Source of the DNA: Perna viridis
Taxonomy: Eukaryota
Assembly (NCBI GenBank): GCA_037379345.1
Contig: CM074521.1
Coordinates: 32,326,704 to 32,390,703, forward strand
Direction: 5' to 3'
DNA: 64,000 nucleotides
Under the pieces are notes generated by a model. The model had not been told where the DNA came from. It did no database searches and was given only the letters and a program-made list of their open reading frames with translations. The position numbers were made by a program, and so were the translations under genes. Of this stretch, positions 1 to 13,083 are shown one piece after another (position 1 is the stretch's first letter; each line of letters begins with the position of its first letter).

Positions 1-275
1 TGTGTAAGCATTTTGTGGAACAAATCAGTTATGATGCAGATGGATATACCGTTGCGATATTACGATACACGCGTTTTTGATGGCGACCATAAAACGTATG
101 TAGTGATGACCTCAATCTTATAGTAAATAACCGTGTTTCAGAAGCCTAAATGTAAGAAGTCTTGCGCGATTCAAAAAGTCTCTGTAGTTACGGCAAGTTC
201 TGGCATAACGTATGTGTTGTGATAAAAACTCCACACGCGGGTGCTGAAGGGATGTTGCCACAAATGATGATATTT
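1..275 (-). mobile_element. Penelope-like RT C-terminal fragment
   Basis: Reverse-complement similarity to 42770-43000 and direct similarity to 60180-60365. Confidence 0.75.
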
Positions 276-1343
276 TGGTTATTCATTTTTGTCCAAACAA
301 AAATCGAAAATGTATTACCAACAGAAAGAGGTGTGCAGACAAAATATCTCAAAGTAATTGACTTCAGTTTAAGCTTAATTCAAAATGTTCACTGGTATCA
401 CCGAAAGAATATAAATGAGTACGATAATAAAGCAAATCAGCCACCTTGAACACACATCTCTCTTTGGTGTATCTAATAGGTAAAGGGTATGGTCTATTGC
501 CAAAATAGTGTGTTACCATTTCATAGTAGAAAAAAATTGTATTTTAAAATTCTTAAATCGATATTTGAAAAGACAAATTTGATATCGGCCTAATATGGAT
601 ACTTTTGAAGAGAACCTTGTGACTCGTGTCGAAAATCAGCACTATTGCTGCCAGACTATTACAGGATTATACTCACTTGCAATATAACTGATTCCACTGG
701 CGGAAAAGGCAATGCTAACCCTTCAGGGGCATCTGATGTCACTTCCAGATTTTGTCAGAGTTCAAAGTGCTACTGTTTTAATTTTTAAGTCTTGTTTCCC
801 TTATCAGCTTTTATGAGCAATGTACACAAGTATATTATTAGGTTCCCTTCATTGTGTTAACAAATCATCTTGGTTTCATTTTGTGATCTCGTTCCGGCCA
901 TGTTTTATGATTTTGACATATTTGGATTATTCCACAACTTACGCTTTGGTATTTCTTGCCGATAATTGCAAAATAAATCTTTGTCGTTTCCTTATATGTA
1001 GTCAATATAATATTGTCAAAATTCTAAAAATAGACCAAGAGTAATAATAGCATATGTTATTTACAATTAATTGCTACACATATAGAATGCAAATCAGTGT
1101 AAGATACGATGTACTTGTTGAATTTGAATGGTTATATCTTACATACTTACACAAAAACAAACATGAACTGATTAGTATTGTCCTAGCTATCGGCCATGTA
1201 GACAATAGATATCTGAAGTACTGGTTGAATTATTGCAAACGTCATTTTTTCAATATATTTAACAATATGTATCTATTTACAACCATATAATTCCTTCTGC
1301 ATGTACTTTTTAATTATTTTTTTTTAAATTTTAGACTGAAACA

Positions 1344-1649
1344 GCAAAGGTTCCTGCTCCGATCGAATACCACAGCAGTATTCTTTAACGTGCGAGGAAC
1401 ATGGCATATTTCCCCAACACGGTGAACCACTATGGTTTGCGGTCAGGTTTTCCGTTTTAAGCCTGACAATCCCAGCATGTAACACGCAAGGCGTACCCAA
1501 TTCCACCATCTATGGCACACAACCCAGTTGTTTTGTGGGCAGAGCGCCCTAGCCCTCGGTTAGGATTCTAAGCTCTAGTTAGTCGCAATTTACGATAAGC
1601 TTAGCGCTGCTGCGGGCATATTCTTTTGGCACACGGACCCGCACAGTGC
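1344..1649 (-). mobile_element. Family A element, 5' portion only
   Basis: Homology to the first ~300 nt of the other copies. Confidence 0.85.
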
Positions 1650-3199
1650 AATTGACATAATTGTAAATGAGAAAGTCAAAGGAGCAAGGTCATGATTCAC
1701 TATGTTGTTTTCTCAACTACATTTATTATAACACTACCATTATGTGGGGCGGTCAAATTATACGGAGATATATTTATTTTCTTTTGAAATCTTTAAATCT
1801 GGGTTAAACCAGGTTTTATAGCAAGGTTAACATTTTGCTTCCATTCTCCAGTTTATTATATTATACACGGGCAAAAAAAATTGTCACCACAAACTTAACA
1901 CCTCGTATTCTATCTTAATTTGGTTAAAATAAGAAGATTGAGCCTTATGTGTAGGTGTGTATGAAGGAGTATTATAGTTCAGTGATATCTGGAAGCGGTT
2001 TTAATAATCTAAAAAAATACAAACGTCAACATTTCACTGGTACATTTTTCAAACCGCAAAGTAGTATTTAATTGAAGGTTAGACACTAAATATGATGCGC
2101 ATTAAAAATTAAAAAAAAGTGAATGCTTACATTATTAGTAATTTCTGATGGTTTCACTATAAGAAAGTATCGTAAATGTACAAAAAGTCAGCACAAGATG
2201 TAGGATAAATCATTATATTCAAGATGATACATGTATAAAGTGTCCAGGTCATTACTATATGTAAAAAGGTCCAATTTTTGTAGTTGTTATCGACAACATT
2301 GCAGGTATTTTATGCTCTGGTTTTCACAAATACTTCTTCGTGGATTTATTAAAATATCGAATCGCTAGATTATTTGAAAGCATAGTTTAAATACAAAAAT
2401 ACCGATCTTATACATGTATATTGAAAATTTTTATTCGCGGAACACGTGTTTCAAGAAGGAATCTCTTTCCAGAAGTATTAGAATCAAATATATAGAAAGA
2501 TCTCAATCCCAAAACTAAAATAAATTATTGCATACAAGAAGTACCCAAAACCAAAACTTTCGAAATAGTAAATGAAATACCTCACTGAAAGGTTCTACCA
2601 TATGCAAAACAAGGAATGAAGCCTCGATATTTCAGGTATTTTAAACTTATACTTCTGCAAATGTTGAAAAATATGATCTTATATTATTAATCAATTTAAT
2701 CAATCAATAAGGATCTTTCCAGAGTGATGAAGTCCAAGAATTCTAAATCAGAATACAATTTTGTCTAATACTTTGCCAACTTTAAATTTCTGAATGCATC
2801 CTGAGATTAGTCAGTATTATTTGCAAGGTTATAAATAATTCGATCTTAATTGAAAACCTATTTAGGTAGATTGAACTTTTGAAGCGATCACGTACATTAA
2901 AAAATGATTTTGAAAATGACAAGATAATCAAATATACGTACTATCCAAAAGGCAATTGTGACGTATGCACTGCATAATATGACATATATTTATCAATAAT
3001 AATTTCTAATTAGTCATTTGTAAATATCCGGCTTAAAGTATATCAATAACGAGAAGCTTATCGGTATTTTTTATCAATGTTAAAGATAAAATCATGTGAT
3101 CAAAATGTGATAAATTGTTATTTATTCTACTTTTGTAATAATAATATATGAGGAATTTTAAAATCTCAAATTTTCATCCTTTCGATATATTAACTCATA

Positions 3200-3357
3200 A
3201 TGGACCCATTGTTAGTTTTGTCCGGGTGTCTGTTGTGTTTTATTGGTATATTTGGACAAGATCCACCATGTACCGGGAGGGATCAGTGTTCCTGTGTTAC
3301 TGCTGACAACCAAGTTATCGACCTATCCTCTGTTGGAAACAATGATGGATCATCAAA
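3200..3357 (+). CDS. M6PR-like coding exon 1 (signal peptide, start of MRH domain)
   Basis: MDPLLVLSGCLLCFIGIFGQDPPCTGRDQCSCVTADNQVIDLSSVGNNDGSS; donor aa|gtaggt, phase 2. Confidence 0.88.
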
Positions 3358-6300
3358 GTAGGTACAATGGAAATGGCTTATTATATGCAACTTTCTTTTA
3401 AAGTTTTTTTTGTTATATGTGAGTGTTTTTAGTTTTCAAATTTAATTCCTTCTCTTTAGGGTCGAATAAGGAGTTAAGGGAACGTATATTTGATTCATTA
3501 GATAAGTATAAACAAGAACGGATATGGTGCATACGTCAAAGGGATAACAACCATACCGAAATAAAAAAAATGTCCGCTCAAGGCCTTCCATGGGTCTTCA
3601 ATGAAAGACGAGGAAACCCTCACACCACAGGACAGGTTGCAGCTGGCCCCAAACAACATTATACACAGGTATAGCGAAAAAGTTACCTCTGTATACTTCA
3701 GCAACATAGAAGTAAACTGAAAGTGAAAAAGAAACAATACATACAAAGGACAGTTTCCAGACATAGAACAGGCGGGGTGGGGGTGGGGTTAAAGAACTTA
3801 AAAGTGACCTAAACTCTCCCCATTAAAATCATACTGCCCTGGAAAAAAGTATTACATAATTAAACATACCCTAAAATCAGATAAAAAAAGTCTGAGTCCC
3901 TTTTTACAAAGAAATAAACAGATTATACATTACATAAATGCACAAACAGAAGATTACTAACAGTTAACTTGCATGCTAGCTCCAGACCAATTTTATCCTA
4001 CTAAAAGTAATGTCCTCATCATATGTAATATCAATCATAATTCTTCGCATGAAGGATTAAGACACAATAAGTGTAATGCCGAAAACTGTTTTAAATATAG
4101 TGTGTTAGTTTCTGTGTAAAGACTCTATGAGTGAATTAATGTTAATACGAAAAAATACCATCTTTTAACGATTTAACAACAATATCAATACTTATGTCCC
4201 TTAGGAATAAACCTACCTAACGGTCTAGTCAAATTATTGGATGAGCTTTGATCTTTATGTGCTTTTTAAAGAATATTACCACTGAACATAGGATAGGAGA
4301 TACCCACACGTATTGATTGTTCATAAGTACATATGTAATTGAGAATAATATTCATTATTTTATCATTTAACTGCTTATCAATAAATTTGTGGATATTTGA
4401 GCTAGAAATAATTAAAATCTTGTTTTTTGGTCAGTATGATAAACAAACCACTCAATCTCTACCCATACCATATTATTGTTTACCTACCCATCGTGGGCCT
4501 AATGTTAACACTTTTTATTACCTAAAGAGTAATTAAAAAAAACCAAGATTCTAGCGGGAATCAAAAGAATATATATCAGAGGGACAAAGACCAGACACAG
4601 ACACACACAACAAAGAACATGTAATAATCATAATAATACATACATAGTAACAAAAAAATTAAACGAGCCATTTGAACTCTACTACAACTGGGAACATGGA
4701 CAAGGTGCAGTTGTTCTTTGTTGACCGTATTAAAGTTACATAGTTTTTTTTTTTATAATTGCACTACACCAAACTTTACCGATTTAGTACTTGACGTTTT
4801 TATTCCAAATCCAGGCCACTACAGTATTTGATTAATATTCCCATAGCCTTCTATAGTGAAGTGCATATTTTTAGGATTTTAAAAACAAATATGTAAATTG
4901 ATTCAATAAAACTTTCACTTATGTAGCATTTCTAAGGACACGTGAAATATTAATTTCCCGCAAAAAAGTAGGGTGAGTCCACACGAAGATCGGACAGAAA
5001 AGTAGTCTTGAACTATAAAGTATTATAGCCATTTTCAATACTTTCACTTTCGTTTTGCACTCATAAAACCAACCTTTTCAGTGGAACATTTATAAGTTAT
5101 AATGTTAAATTTTATTAACAAAAACGTTTGTCATCTTATAATGTTACGTTTGCTCTACTCTATAAGTCATTGTTCATAACTTTTGACAAAATATTAGTTT
5201 GTAAAAAGGCAAAAAAGAAATCGCACTATATTTTATACCATCCATGTTCACCCGCTCATGGATATGAAGTGCAGTACTGGTACCTGTAGTAACCGATTAT
5301 TCTAATGCCGGTTGTTATCATGTGATGTGATTGACTTTCTTTAATGTGTTCTGAATCAGCTTTCAGTAACTGCGCGCGATGTTTTAGATGCTATCTCATA
5401 TGTCTATATGGTTTATGTTGAGGTATTCCATAGAGAGTATTGAATATATGATGTGCTTGTTATTTCAATTCATTTCTGACCACACATTAAATGGGGATGG
5501 TTAAAGCCATATCAAACTTGTTTAACTTCATCGCAGATTTTATGTGCCTGTCTATTGTTGTCTTCGATTCGTCATAATATTTTTGTTTGATTTTGAAGAA
5601 TTTCTTATTTCTGTTAACGCGTGGATTTTATCACTTTGTTGTTGCGGTCTTCCAGAGCCTACTTAAAGGCGTGTTTAGTCTCATTGAAGACCTTTCGGTG
5701 AACTCTGAAAGTATATACTATTTTGTATTTAGGCTATACGCAGGTGCATTCGTTACGTTTTACAATTTCCGTTTTTTCATAACTTACTCCTTATTTCGGT
5801 TTGGAATCTGAGTTTTTTCGATTTGTTTCTCTTTTCAATTTCAAATTCTTCATCAATATTTTGTGTCTTCAACATTTTCATCCACTGAGTTAAAAAATTT
5901 GAACGCTGCTTTGGTTTGATCCTGATTATGTGATTTTAGCTTGTGACTTATTCAGATTTACAGACATACAAGCACCTGATGGATACATGTACTCATTCAA
6001 CCCATGTTATCCTTTCTCAGAATTGGCTTGCGCCGATCAATCAGTGAGTATACTATTCAATCATTAGGCGGAGACAAACCATTTTCTTCTCGTGTGATGT
6101 GGGCGGAAGGGGGCTTTAACAGATTATAACGTATTTTTAGCAGCAAAAGACGGAGTTTTTATTTGAAAATTGTTCAATAATAGGGTGATTATTAGATCAA
6201 ATTTAATCTGAATCATATTTTCTGTCTAAGGCTGGGTTAAAAAATAATTGCTAAGAGTCCATTTCTACTCGCTGATAAAATCGTTGGTCCATTAATATTT

Positions 6301-9300
6301 TTTGTTTTTTATTTTCAATCTATTTTATTGATAAAAAAAGTAGGTTTGCTTTTTATAATCGAATACACTTTAAGAAATGTATAATTGAAATAAGATCTGC
6401 ACATTCCTCCTTTTAGTCATAGGCATAGAAAAGAATTTTCTAATTTCGTATGTAAAGATAAGTTTTGTCGATATACACATTTCAATTAATAGGTCTGCCA
6501 AGTACCACCAGACAAATCCACCGCGTACCAGGCCGGGGACGCCAACTCAGCTGTGTTTACTAACGACGGAATAAATAACCACATCCAATACTCGTCAACA
6601 GGTGGTGATGGAGTTACAAGGTACTGTAAACTTGCAACAATGAACTATATCCATTGGCGAAAGTGTGACGCCAGGTTGTCTCCATATCAAACTGATGGTG
6701 TCTGACCACTTCAAATATCTATTAATGTGGTGAATAATTGTCTATCTTTTATTGCCCAATTCTGTACCAGATATTAGGAAATATTAAGCTTTTGCTATGA
6801 AAAAAAAACTATATATATTAGGGCAGCTGTGCTGATTTTGTTCATGTATGCAGAAATTAAAATCGTAAACTTTGATCCAAAAGGTGTAGTTTCCAGGTAT
6901 CCTAAGATTGAATCATGCCTTTTGTTTCTTGACCTCAGATCTTCCGATTTAACCCTCATATGTGACCCCAGTGCCTCAACACCGTCTTTCCAACCTTTAG
7001 GAGAACAAGGAACAGGCATATATGTAAGTACTTATGCACGAAAAATTTGATGGAGCAATGTACAAATTTACTGATAAATAGGGGTAACGGACTTAAACCT
7101 CATCAAGCTCGTGTAATGTAGGCTATTAAAAAAACAAGTTTGTGTGTAGAACGCGATGATACGAAGGCAGCGAAATTTTCATGACATGGATTATGTGTTT
7201 TATATGACAATTAGAGTAAAGAAAAATTATCATTATCGNNNNNNNNNNNNNNNNNNNNNNNNNNNNNNNNNNNNNNNNNNNNNNNNNNNNNNNNNNNNNN
7301 NNNNNNNNNNNNNNNNNNNNNNNNNNNNNNNNNNNNNNNNNNNNNNNNNNNNNNNNNNNNNNNNNNNAAAGAATCTGAAGGAAAACCATTCTTTCGGAGA
7401 TCCTACTTGCAGCTTGGTCAAAAGCTTGATGACATGGACACAGCGGTAGTGGCTGCATGAGGATAAATGCTTAGAAATCCATTTCTTACTGGGATATCAT
7501 GTCCTGCATTTTTTTCATCAAAAACTTATTTAAATCATTTAAATTAATTGTTTTGTAGTATTTAACATTGACGACAAAGTGCGCATGTCCGGACGGATGT
7601 GCTGGGTCAGGGCCACAGCCAGGGCCAGGGCCAGGGCCAGGGCCAGGGAAAAGAAATAATGGCGGTGACAGTGGTCTAAGTATCGGATCTATTCTAGTAA
7701 TAGTGTGAGTTTACCAATTATACATACAAATTAGTATCCTTTTGTCTGAACGTTCAATTCTTTTATACTTGGATTTTAAAAAAAGATTGATTGATGGAGT
7801 TTAACGCCCGAGTAATAATATTTCAGCTTTATTCAGGCGATGAACATGAAATGGATGATAAAATGAACATGAAATAATGATGAAATGAAAAATGGGATGA
7901 GACACAAGGATAATGAAGTCGACAAATTTTGATTGCCACAGGAAATAGGGAGAAGTGGGTAGGGTCGGGCAATTTAGCCTTCTGTGGCGGAGCCCAATGG
8001 TTCCTACTCAGGGAGAATACCACAGAAGGGTTCTCTTACGTGCGAGTAACGTGGCATCCTTCCCAACACGGTGCACCACTATGGTTTGTGGGGTTTGACA
8101 GGGATACCCCATTCCACCGCCTGGGGCACACAACCCAGTTGCTCTGTGAGCAGAGCGCCCTAGCCCCGGCCAGGGTTCTGAGCACTATTTAGTCGCCTTT
8201 TACGACAAGTTTAGTGTTGATGCAGGCCTATTTTTTTGACACCCGGACGCGAACGAGGCGATTTGAAAAAGAAAATACTTTCGAAGCTTCTTGAACTGTG
8301 CAATATCAATACACTTTTAGTTCTATCGGTTTTTGTAATATCTACTTTTATCGCTATTTTGTTTAAAATTCCTTTGACCTTGCTATATGTTAAATTTCAA
8401 TCTTACGCAAGTCGAGTGAGAATGAAAATCATCGTATAGCTGCACAACATACGATACGTCACATAGCACTCCGCCGAAAATAATAATCCCGAATGGAACC
8501 TTTGCAGCGCTTATAAGACCTACAGGTTACCTGTAGTTCAAGAATACTGGAAATAAAAGAAAACTTATACCTTGCACTTCAGCAAAACAGCGACAAACAG
8601 ATTATTTAGCATTTTTTGTCAACTCTTTTTCTGGTTGAAAAAAAATAAGTAGCGGTCTTTATAAAAATCAGACAGAAGGTGATTCATGCATATCAAAAAT
8701 CCACCAAACTCACTTTCATTTCTTGTTCAGAAACAGCTACTGATCACATAACCAGTCATAGTATTACATTTGGGTGTTGCGGTTTTGAGATAAAAATTTA
8801 TATAGATTGTACATGAAATTGGCATTTGGTTATCGTTCTTGATTTTGTTTGATTTTGGTGATTTTAGTGGGAGATAAATGTAAGACTTTCTCAAAAGTGC
8901 CTATCTGCACACAGACACAAAATATTGTTATGTAAATATATAGCACATGTAGATTGAAAAAGTGTTGTTTCTTCGGGTGGGTTTTTCTACACCATGAATT
9001 ACTTTACTATTGGCAGTGTCTGAATTTTATGTGGACTGGTACTTAAATAATCTAATATTCTTTTAAAAAATGGTTATTTTGCTTTTAGTTTAGTGCAATT
9101 TTTGTTCCGAGTCATTTTTACATAAAGATAATCAAAACCACTCCGGTTGATTTGAAAGAATAGCTAATACCACAGACTACAGAGTGAATATCGCCCGGGT
9201 TCTATTGCTACTAATATTAAATTGACAAAACAAGTAAAAGGTAAAATGACAAACATAATCATATTTCGAGAAAAACGATATAGCCTAATTAGATAAGAAA

Positions 9301-10484
9301 TTATGTTCCTAAATCAGTGTGTTTGCCGTCATGTAATTGATATAAAGCAACCCAGTTGACGAAGTATTAAGCTTTTCCTATCAGAAAAAGTCAATAATAT
9401 TTTTATTAAGCTGATACACGTATCCTAAAAGTTGCTTAATACTCAAATATATATATTTAAAAGCAATGAAACCTAACAAATATCATATTCGAATTTGACC
9501 AATTTTACACAATGTTATATTTATATCTTCCCTGCTATCCGCACGATTTAGGGAAATATTTCAATAATTAAATCTTATTATAATGATTCCTAGAAATGTA
9601 ATATCATTTTGTTAAAATGATTATCCATCAATTCGTTCGTTCATCAAAGGTCTCAGTCATGTTAACAACATTTCTTTCGGCATTTACAGGGTTGTATCTA
9701 TTGGTGCAGTATACTTTGTTGGCGGAGTTGCTTTTTTGATGTTCGTTAAAAAAGCCCGTGGAAAAGAAGCCATACCAAACAGTGGATTTTGGGTATCTGT
9801 ACCAGGAAATGTAAAGGTACCTCATTGTGTTCCCAATGATAGTAAATATAGAGATTTGCATTTTTGTTGAATCTGTCTGCATGGCTGACATACAGTAACG
9901 TATCATTCTTGCCAGCACTCTACATAATTGAAACTATAGGTAGAAAGACTGGCACGATGCTTTATAGGATATGTTGATATTCATGTGTTTTCATTTCACA
10001 TACATGTACATATGTATAGTAAAATGTTGAATGGTTTAGACCTTTACTCAGCACAAAGAAAAGTTTCTAATGCATTAGAACGAATTCTCATACGCACAAA
10101 AATATCGAAAAAAAATATGTTTCTGTTTCCGATGTAAATGTGAATCAGTTGTCATTTACATTTAGAATAAGTTTTTTTTAATCTGTATAAATTGGATTGA
10201 AGCAATCTGTAACATTCATTTTATAAAATGATGTCAATTGTCAATTGTATGACTTTGTATTTTTAGTACAATAAAACTATCGATAATAATGTAAAAAAGT
10301 AAAAGTCTTTGATATAAATACACAAATTAACAATTGTTCAATGTTGGATTCTTTATAAATGTGTAAATATTAATGTGCATGCGATTGAAATTTAAAACCT
10401 GACTTACTTTAATTTCAGAATGGTTTCATGTTTGTGTACTGTAAAATCAGAGGACAACAATTTACTGCATATTCATCTGTATAA
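3200..10484 (+). CDS. M6PR: Cation-dependent mannose-6-phosphate receptor / ATG27-like MRH-domain type I membrane protein, 265 aa; join(3200-3357,5956-6043,6493-6620,6939-7023,7559-7704,9690-9816,10419-10484)
   Basis: Seven exons joined by GT-AG introns give a 798-nt open frame. It has a signal peptide (MDPLLVLSGCLLCFIGIFG), MRH-type motifs (CSC..DNQVIDLS, YSFNPC, VCQ, LICD, LTTKCACP), a TM segment (GLSIGSILVIVVVSIGAVYFVGGVAF), the M6PR-type tail GKEAIPNSGFWVSVPGNVKNGF and C-terminal YSSV. The symbol is family-level; orthology was not tested. Confidence 0.9.
5956..6043 (+). CDS. M6PR-like exon 2
   Basis: ttcag| FTDIQAPDGYMYSFNPCYPFSELACADQS |gtgagt. Confidence 0.9.
6493..6620 (+). CDS. M6PR-like exon 3
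   Basis: aatag| VCQVPPDKSTAYQAGDANSAVFTNDGINNHIQYSSTGGDGVT |gtactg. Confidence 0.88.
6939..7023 (+). CDS. M6PR-like exon 4
   Basis: cctcag| SSDLTLICDPSASTPSFQPLGEQGTGIY |gtaagt. Confidence 0.9.
7239..7367. other. Assembly gap (N run) in intron 4 of the M6PR-like gene
   Basis: Run of n characters. Confidence 1.
7559..7704 (+). CDS. M6PR-like exon 5 (end of MRH, Gly-Pro stalk, start of TM)
   Basis: tttgtag| YLTLTTKCACPDGCAGSGPQPGPGPGPGPGKRNNGGDSGLSIGSILVI |gtgagt. Confidence 0.9.
7785..8259 (-). mobile_element. Family A element in intron 5 of the M6PR-like gene
   Basis: Homology to 54361-54869; (CAAT)n tail; degenerate TSD gattttaaaaaaa / gatttgaaaaaga. Confidence 0.88.
9690..9816 (+). CDS. 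M6PR-like exon 6 (TM and cytoplasmic tail)
   Basis: ttacag| VVSIGAVYFVGGVAFLMFVKKARGKEAIPNSGFWVSVPGNVK |gtacct. Confidence 0.9.
10419..10484 (+). CDS. M6PR-like terminal exon 7
   Basis: tttcag| NGFMFVYCKIRGQQFTAYSSV*; terminal YxxPhi motif. Confidence 0.88.
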   Translation, partial: NGFMFVYCKIRGQQFTAYSSV

Positions 10485-13083
10485 CATAACATAAACTAAC
10501 AATGTAAAAAATACTTGCTTCTTAGGGTTGATAGACAATGAATTAATTCTCGTGGGCAAAAACAGTTATTCAGAGAAAATACATGTTCGTCTGAAAATAT
10601 GATAATAGATATCTTGTGACTAGGTACTGTTAGGACTAAATGTGCAAAATAAATAGTCTTATCTTTAAAGTAGATCATACCAATTACACTGAGGATTTAT
10701 AAATAGTCTTTTCTTAAAAGTACATCATACCAATTACACTGAGGATTTGTTTTATCATTTGGCAAAATCATACCGACATATATATTTTTAATGAACTGAT
10801 AATTTTTAAAATTATGTAAAAATAGTATTTTTAAATTACCAAATGATTTTTTACATAAACAATTTTATAGTAAAATTATAAAAAAAATAATTGTATATAG
10901 TGCTTCTTTAAGGGGGATAATTGGCGGGGAAAAAGTTCTAGAAATGTACCGGGAATTTAAATGTTTTGTTATTACAAGAAAAAATTTCGGTGACCCCCCA
11001 ATTTTCTTTTTGAAATATAAAAGAATGTCAGTTAAGTGTTCTTTCTATCTATTCAGAAGAAATTATATCAACCAGTTTTTATGCTTTGCGAAATCGTGAA
11101 GTTCCAGACAGAATTCATACAAAATTACCTTGATTAGGTTCAATTATCTCGATATCAAGTTCGGGGACCTATGCCTTTTAGTCGTTAATATTGTATCGGA
11201 CTTCTTGCACTTGTAATTTCAGAAGTACTTTACATTTGCATATGATTTGCTTATAATTATACATTACTAGTTCACGTTATACTTCAGATCTGTGCCGTGT
11301 TGACCGGAATAGCACCATAGTTCTAGCTTCATACGAGTTAAAATGTACCTCTTAAATATCATACACGTGTGTTCTATGTGTGTGTTTCTTGCTTGTATGA
11401 GAGCGGGAAGTTTACATAAAATGATCGACTGGCATTGAACATTACCCAGTTTCCAATTCAGGCACAGGGGCTCGTTACAAGACTATATGGGTCATAAACA
11501 TTAGCAGGACCCCGACGTCTATAAATATTTATTGCCAGTTGTATGTTTAATCTGCTTCATAATTGACCCAAAGATCGGTAAAATATGTACCTCATTTAAA
11601 AAATATCATACACGTCAATTTGTGTTTTTGCTTGTATGAGAAGAGAACGAGAACTATACATTGAAAGATGAAATGATCGGTTAGCATTCAATTTATGTAA
11701 TATTACCCAGTTTCCGATTAAAATACAGGGTCTCCTTACAATTAACTATATAGCTCATATATATTATCAGGGCCCCGATATCCTTTCCCTTGTTTAGCCT
11801 GAAGAAGACTATACATCACCTAAAAGCTGCATGTTTACTTTAATAACCCTGAAAATATGATATGGGGTTTACTACCATGCAGTGCGACACCTAGCTCCTA
11901 GATGACAATGAGCTAAAAATAGAAAGGGAATTTCCCTCCATTTTACAAAAGGGGTCGTCATGCAAAACTCATACATAAATGTAAAACATATTTAATTCAG
12001 TAAGCTACAGTGACCGTTTTATGTAGAGTTGATGTGCACTTTTTCCACAGCAGCATAACACAAGTGCACTAAAACTAGTGTAAGACTTTTTTTGCTAAAA
12101 ACATTCTAAAAGCTAATTGGTTGAAAAAGTGGTATGTATCCAGAATTTGTCCGGAATTTTACCGATCCGATTCTAAAATTATAAGTTTACGGGTTTAAAT
12201 TTTTGCCATAACATTTTTTTTTCCTTATATCCTTGCTTCACGCCAAAGTATTTGAGAGAGTTATTGTTCTTTATCTCTAGTGATATCTAACCAATTTTTT
12301 GCACCACCTGGTGAATAAAACTACTTTGTGTCGCGTATGACTACATTTCCGGCAAATTTTTCAAGAAGAAATTCTTCTTTCTGCACCCGAGGTTACCTTT
12401 CAGTGAAATGACCAAGTAGTTCCGATTGGACTTTGATTTCGTTTCTTAAAAGTTTGTGCAGGCACAGGACCACAATTAATTTTCCAGTGTATTTCAATAT
12501 TATTTGAGTAGATTTAAAATATTCCACCAGCGCAAACTGAATAAATCTTCTCTGGCCTAAAGATACCTACAAACAGGATTTTACATACATACTGTAGAAA
12601 ATTTTATCATCATTTTCTGATATAAAAAATATTTGACCCGGAGATGATCCCATGTAGTTTTGACCTTTTTTCTACCAATTTGATGCAAAACTTCAGTAAA
12701 TAACTTTCCAGTAAAAATATGAAAACAATGTGGAAAGTGCCTACCACCGAAGTTGGAACTATATTTGTATACAACAAAAACCCAAGAGAATTAATTGTGG
12801 TCTCGTACCAGCAGAGGGAATGGACTGTCTAATCCGACAGACTGGTTAACAGTCCGATTAGAGTAATGGACAGTAGTAGATTTAAAGTTCAAATATTTGA
12901 CTAATTGCAGCTGTGGCAAGTACTTGGATACTTTTGAACAATTTATTTCAAACCATTTAGCTACTTACAGAAGTGTAAATAGTTTGAGTTTTGCTTTAAA
13001 TGTTAACTTTTCTTTCCCCAATGAGACCGCAAACCAGATGTCGTGTTTTGGTGGGTTACGTCCTTATGAAAAACTTGATAAAA

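Noticed and set aside
7126-7458. ORFs spanning the N run
   Set aside because: Artefacts of the assembly gap
7829-8192. Similar short ORFs at 1324, 7829/7929, 54439, 61832 and 63562
   Set aside because: All derive from family A repeat copies, in inconsistent frames and strands
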